This document shows positions 58,036 to 64,000 of a stretch of DNA of 64,000 nucleotides, one piece after another (within the stretch, counting starts at the first letter, position 1; every line of letters starts with the position of its first letter). The position numbers and the translations under genes are program-made. Source of the DNA: Lingula anatina. Its lineage: Eukaryota > Animalia > Brachiopoda. Under the pieces are notes generated by a model. It saw only the letters and a list, made by a program, of their open reading frames with translations. It was not told the DNA's origin and made no database searches. The DNA is taken from assembly GCA_051362555.1 (NCBI GenBank), contig CM120644.1, positions 1,558,954 to 1,622,953 on the forward strand, in the 5' to 3' direction.

Positions 58036-61000
58036 TCAGTTTGCGTCTGGTATGCTAGAAGACAAGAACACCCGTCTCTCGGCCCATTCATGCGGCGACA
58101 ACAGCGTGGGCATGTCTAACTTTGTAACCAGGTTCCGTGTTCCCAGAGCCCCCGCGTGCCAGGACACGTACAGAGGGCAGGGGTACACCCCGTGTTTCAG
58201 GTGGTGCTGGTCCAGTTCTATCTGTGTGACTGGTTTTAGCCAGACTACAGGCATGGGGCAGGGGAGGGTGGTGTCTGGGGCCTCTGTCAGGATGCCATGG
58301 ACGGTGTCCCAGGCCGCGTGGTGAAGGTGAAGATGGCTGACGTAGACGCCCGTCTCTGGGGGACTGCTGGGGGCTGCCTTGCCTGGAAGAACCTTAAATG
58401 AAAGAAAGAGTATATTAGTTGAAAGATTTTTAAAATAAATAAAATTAGAATTATAAAGATGAAAAAAAAAAAAAAAAAAAGAAATAATAATAATAATAAT
58501 AATAAAATAAAGTGTAACAATTTTCAAGTAAATTAAATTTACTAAAATGTTTAAGAGGAAAGTTATTCTTGAAAGCAAGAATATTATATTTCATATTTGT
58601 TTTTTTTTTCTGTGGAAAAAAAAGATGATATTTTTGTCAGTCAAAACAATTATAAAATGAGGAAGTTCTGTGTTTAATGCACATTGCTCCATTTTAGAGG
58701 AATCTCACACTCTGTTTAAATATTGTATTCAAGCTAAGTGATAGCAAGGGATGCCTATAAACCCACTCTTAACCTAACCTAAGTGAAAAAAGGTTTGTTT
58801 TAAACACTTAATCTGTAGGGAATTTCCAAGTTTAGAACCTGACATGATGAGAATTGGTAAGCAGTAAAAAATTGTTCAGGATTCCAGGTAGAATCTGCTC
58901 AGAATTTTTCCAATGCAGATTTCTAAAACGGTCCCTTTGACTGATTCATCGTCTGTGAGCCCAATAATGGAACTTCGCACATTTCCAGTCTTTGTTTCCC
59001 GTGCCAAGAATGATTGCGCAGCTAGGCAAGAACACCATGTGAAGAATCTATTAGCATGAATTCCTAGTCCTGAACTCTGCCAGCGCTCTTCCCCACTGTA
59101 AACCTGTGTAACTGTCAATATGATACAAAACTAGCTTCCTTAGGCACTTGCTGGCAAGGTTGCCAAGGGGAAAGTGAGAAAAAAAGAAAACGGTTTTCAC
59201 TGATTATTCTTGGAAGTATAAATATTTCTGACTAAACCGTCATGATGAGTAAAACATCAGTGAGAAGTCAAAAGAGAGTGCAACTCATTAAGCAGTAAGT
59301 TTGAACATTGGTTAAAAACCACTGATTTTATATGAAACATATTGGTGAAAAAATGGAATTATGGAATTCCAAACTGTAATCTTTGCATATTTCAGTACTG
59401 GACAAAAATACAAAATCTGAATTCAAATACGTTGTCGTCACCCTTTCTAATACACACACATGTACTTCATCAACTGAACAAATGTTTGAATAAAAGTCAG
59501 CCTAGTTACGCCATTTTAGCCAACATACCTGGATATAATTGACACTATTGCTGTGTACGCTACTTAGTATAGGAATCTGAATGGAAGCCATGCAGAAAAC
59601 GGTGTGTGTATGCGTGTGTGTGTGTAAGAAAGAAAGAGAGAGAGAGAGTACATGTGTGTGGGTGTGTGAAAGAGAAAGACAGAGCAAACATGGGCATATT
59701 TTTAAGGTCACTCTCTCCACCCTCACACAAGTGATGTTAATTTTCTCTGTACCCTCTAAGCAGTTCCTTACTCACTGCAGCACAGCAGATAACCAAACAG
59801 AGTGGTCTATCAAACTGCTCCCGCTAAAGACTTGGCTTTTTACAAAGATCAACCACCCAGTAACATTAAATAACCTCTTCTTTTTTTCCACCTATTTCTA
59901 AATGTTAAAAACATTTTGTACTTCACATCGATCTTATCTCAAGAACTGGAATAAACAAATTAATCCACAGGTAGACCTGTACACCATTGCTCTATCCTTT
60001 CATGTGGAGACCTTTGCACTCGTAATTCCTCTTAAACTGAATCATTTACTTGCTTTCTAAAAGTCATCTTAAAAAGGTTGAGATGGGGGAAGAAAAAGAA
60101 CCCACTTTTATTACTGAGCACATCATTTAGTCTGCACACAAGTTTTTTTCTCTCTTTCATTTTACACCTTCCTTCCAGAGTCTACCTGTATAAGCTCCAC
60201 CTACACTATTTCATATAATCAAAGACAGCAGGCCCTCAGAGTTAAAAATCAAACTTCGTATGTAAGGCGTTGACTGATGAGAAGATAAAATATTTTGCAG
60301 ACGGCGTATCCACCTCTGCACCCAGTAGGTGTTCTATCACGTGCCAAGAAATTCACTGGAAGAACCACAGAATACATAACATAGAACAAGTGGGTGGAAC
60401 TTTCCAGGGAAATTGTTTGGTGGTAGATTTGAAAAAATGAACAATAAAAAATGGTATAATTATATAAATTTCCAGTTGCTATGACTGAATTTTGGTTTGT
60501 TAACATATAATGAAATTGATACAAATCTGGTTTGTGTGCCTTAGAGTGTGTATTTTGGCACTGTCTAGATAGCTACATATGCCACTGTACAGTGGTAATA
60601 TACTGAAAACAAGGAACAAGCGAATTACCTGTATAACTGGTAGTGGTGATGGTCCTTTAATGCAAGGGTTGTGTTTGATGTGTGGCATTTTGTGATGTGC
60701 TTTATTACGTTAGGTGTGACGGCGTAGATAAACAATTGTGTTAGATGTGACAGAATAGATTAACAATTGTGTTAGTTGTGACAGCCTGTTAGATGTACAA
60801 TTGTGTTAGGTGTGACAGCATGTTAGATTTACAATTGTGTTAGTTGAGACAGCCTGTTAGATGAATATTGTTTTAGGTGTGACAGCCTGTTAGATATACA
60901 ATTGTGTTAGTTGTGACAGCCTGTTAGATGTACAATTGTGTTAGGTGTGACAGTCTGTTAGATGTACAATTGTTTTAGGTGTGACAGCATGTTAGATTTA

Positions 61001-62829
61001 CAATTGTGTTAGGTGTGACAGCCTGTTAGTTGAACATTTGTGTTAGGTGTGACAGCCTGTTAGATATACAATTGTGTTAGGTGATACAGCATATAACCTA
61101 CCTCAGCTTGTAGCTGGAATGCCTGCAGATCGCGGAAATTCCTCCTGGCATGTGTCTGTAAGACTGTCTGCAGGAAACGATCAGGACGCAGAAATGCTGA
61201 TAAATTATAGGTGGCAGGACGGTCAACCTCACTGAGATAACTCGTCAACAGTTCCACAGCACACTTTAAATCATTCAGCCAACTCATCACTGGTTTACTC
61301 GTTGGGAAGGTCAAGGTCAACCAAGCCTTGGGGACCTGATTTTCGCTGATGGATAAAAATATGTCCTGTAATTCAGGCGTTGATGGAATCTCGCCACGTA
61401 TCACCTTCTGTAACAAAGTAATGTCTAGCTGTACATTGGAGATTAATTTTCTGTATCCCTCAACCTCGTAATGGAAGCAGAGATCCAGCGGGTACATCTG
61501 GTCGCGGCTGGTCTGAGGGAGTTCTGGGAGATCACCAGTCAAGGTCAGGAGGGTGGCCAGCTTACTCTCCATCTCCTTCTGCGACCCTGTCATCATCTCC
61601 ACTGACTCCGACACCCCGCTGACGTGAGTCAGTTCCCTTTGAAGAATTCTGAAATGAAAATCATATAAAATTTGTCATCAGTAGAATTTTTTCTTTCAAT
61701 CTTGTTGATTGGTGCACCAACATTTATTCATAGATTCATTTCAAAATTTTAAAGTCAACCTTACTAATAAAGATGCATTCTCCTATTTTTATAACTGTTA
61801 GTCAGTTTCAGTAAATACATCTAAATGCAAAGTAATGTGGCATAAAAAATTAATATTTATATACAAAAATGCTCCGAAACCAATCCCTCAAGGTATATTT
61901 GAATCATTTCTTCTAAACCACTCAGGCATCTTATGGCCTTGGTGCAAAAATGTTAGGAGGCTCAGATTCCACGAGAATCTTGAATTCTCAGAAAAGAAAA
62001 TAGTTAACATCTGTTAGTGTCCAATTTTTTTCTTTCCAGGAGCAGCTGACTGCTATTTACCACCAATTGCACAATGTTCTGAGCTCTGTTCAGCAACTGC
62101 TACAACAATTAACCCAAAGATCATGCCCTATTTTTTCCAGAAAGAAACACTCAGAACTATCAGTTCAAATATCTTACTTTGAAAATGAAAAGCCAACTCT
62201 CAAATTAGCCCATCTGTGTCTATAGCAAAAGAAGTGATCAGGTTACTCAGAAATAAAAATAAATTTTAGCTAGAAGATCCCTTTAACGAAGAGTGATTGC
62301 AGAAAAAAGCAAGTGCCAAATGTCAATACCCTCAAGTATAATACTATATATATAATACCATATAGACTACCATTTAGTAACTGCTGTATGACACAACTAT
62401 AGAAAAAGACACTGCCCAGTTTAAGTGGAAATATGTCTTAGAAACAGCAACATTTTTGATCTTGAGGTGTGAAAATAAAAAAGGTTGCCAACTCCCAAGA
62501 TTAATTCTGAAACATATCATTCTGCAATAATTTTGTCATGATTTACAGGATGTTAAAATAAGACATCCATTAATAAACCACATCAAAGGCTCTCTGCCCC
62601 CTCATGTTATACATCTGGTACACACTTCTAAAGTAAACTGTTATGACAGCAGTGATAAAAATATACACTATGTAACACTATATGTGACTCTCATAGTACA
62701 TCTTATCTCCATAGGTGATACAATGTTATCAATATATGGAACTCGGTGATTTAGACAAGACTTTTCCAACAGGGGGGTCCAAATATTTTTTTTTTCATGA
62801 GACAGGTCATCTGGGTACCATATGCTCTA

Positions 62830-62873
<44 letters not shown>

Positions 62874-64000
62874 TAAATGAAAAATAAATGGCAGTCCAAA
62901 AGTTGAAATTGAGGAGTCCAAAAGACAACTTGACCATTGATAGGCTCATGCCCTGAAGACATTTTGTTACTTAAATCAATCTTTAGTCAGCATTTTGTAC
63001 CACTTGGCAATATTTTAACTCTGATGGGATATTTAGAAGATGTGACATCACAGTCATTAATTATTGTCTAAATACATTCATATGATAACTGGCAAACAGC
63101 ATGCACTTTGTTACTCTACAGGGTCACTACTTTCACTTCTAATCTTTGCAGGATGTTCCTAGTTCATTAAAATTCTGAACCACAGAAATAGTAAGTTTTT
63201 TTTTTTGGCAGCAAAACTTACAAAAAAAAAAAAAAAAAAAAAAAAGAAAGAAAGAAATCGCACTATAACTATGTAATACCAAACACTTGCCAATTTTTTC
63301 CATACCTCTGTAGGGGAAAAATGGCATTTTTACGTTAAAAAAAAAAAATACTGAACCATGGGATTATGCCAATTATTCAGAAATTCTTTAAAAAGCATAA
63401 ACAGTCCACATATTGTAAAGTCAAGTTTTCATCTCTTATCTTTCACCCTCTCAGAGGAGAAAAAAGGCCTAAAATCTCTAATCCATGAATGATGAAGATG
63501 AATTTTCAGTAAATTCTCAAGACACCATACAGACAGTGTGTACTGAGTGATCTACCATCAAAGTCACAATCTGAACTCTCCAACAGTGAATGATGCCGGC
63601 ATGTCATATACTCCTTGTTAAACTCTGATGAAGATATAATACTATATCACCATGTTATGCCATAAACCACCATCTAAATTTCTTATCTTGGTTGGGGGGG
63701 TTCACTTAAAACCCGTTAAGGTGAATCAAGGAACCTAGCTTGTTCAGATATGGACTTAGATCGGTTCGGGGTATAAAATGCAATAATCTACCAAGATCTG
63801 GTGGTCTGAGTTATAATGGAACCTCTCTTTAGACCTCTCTTTGCACATAGATATTCACTGCACCTCCAACAGTTTATTTTTTGGAAATCTGCATGAAATC
63901 TGCCTGTCACAGCACATGTTTAGACCCAAACCGGTTTAGGTACAAGTCTGAACACACCTTATTACCTGAAGGAAAGCTCTTTATTCCAATCAAAGGAGAG
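58036..64000 (-). CDS. DNHD1: Dynein heavy chain C-terminal domain protein, DNHD1-like (3' end only)
   Basis: Exons 64000-63966 (partial, tentative), 61648-61102 and 58392-58036 are phase-compatible. Motifs VPKAW, WLNDL, YNLSAFLRPDRFLQTVLQTHAR, CPMPVVWLKP, YPCPLYV and NLVTKLDMPT...WAERRVFL fit the dynein heavy chain C-terminal domain. The divergent tail resembles DNHD1 from memory. Confidence 0.8.
60710..61090. repeat. 34-bp minisatellite, about 11 copies
   Basis: Unit gtgacagcctgttagatgtacaattgtgttaggt, degenerating toward the left end. Confidence 0.9.
62831..62873. repeat. (TAA)n microsatellite
   Basis: Directly visible. Confidence 0.9.
63741..63954. repeat. Imperfect inverted repeat, possibly an old MITE
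   Basis: tgttcagatatggacttagatcggttcggg versus cccaaaccggtttaggtacaagtctgaaca (about 30-bp arms). Confidence 0.45.

Noticed and set aside
60710-61090. CRISPR-like array
   Set aside because: The units are contiguous with no unique spacers, the context is eukaryotic, and there are no cas genes.

Overview
AT-rich, intron-rich animal genomic DNA, probably from an invertebrate. A lophotrochozoan origin is inferred from the repeat types and is not proven. Four spliced genes can be rebuilt by hand from GT-AG sites: (1) a YjbQ/UPF0047 homolog on the - strand with four 20-42 nt microexons, running off the left end; (2) head-to-head with it, a complete ABCB1/P-glycoprotein full transporter on the + strand with 26 coding exons; (3) a boule (DAZ-family RRM) gene on the + strand with an ATG-only first coding segment; (4) the 3' end of a dynein heavy chain domain gene (DNHD1-like) on the - strand, convergent on boule. 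The introns hold two 5'-truncated LINEs, several MITEs, a nested Helentron-type element and minisatellites. The most striking element is a 323-bp miniature LTR retrotransposon (TRIM) in a boule intron. Each of its two 132-bp LTRs contains a tRNA-like Pol III unit, and it has a tRNA-Leu primer-binding site, a polypurine tract and a 4-bp target-site duplication. Other points of interest are a spliced uORF in frame with boule, two splice-site duplications in ABCB1 that create potential poison isoforms, and CAGGG-ended MITEs with 6-bp TSDs. All coordinates were read by eye and no database searches were run.
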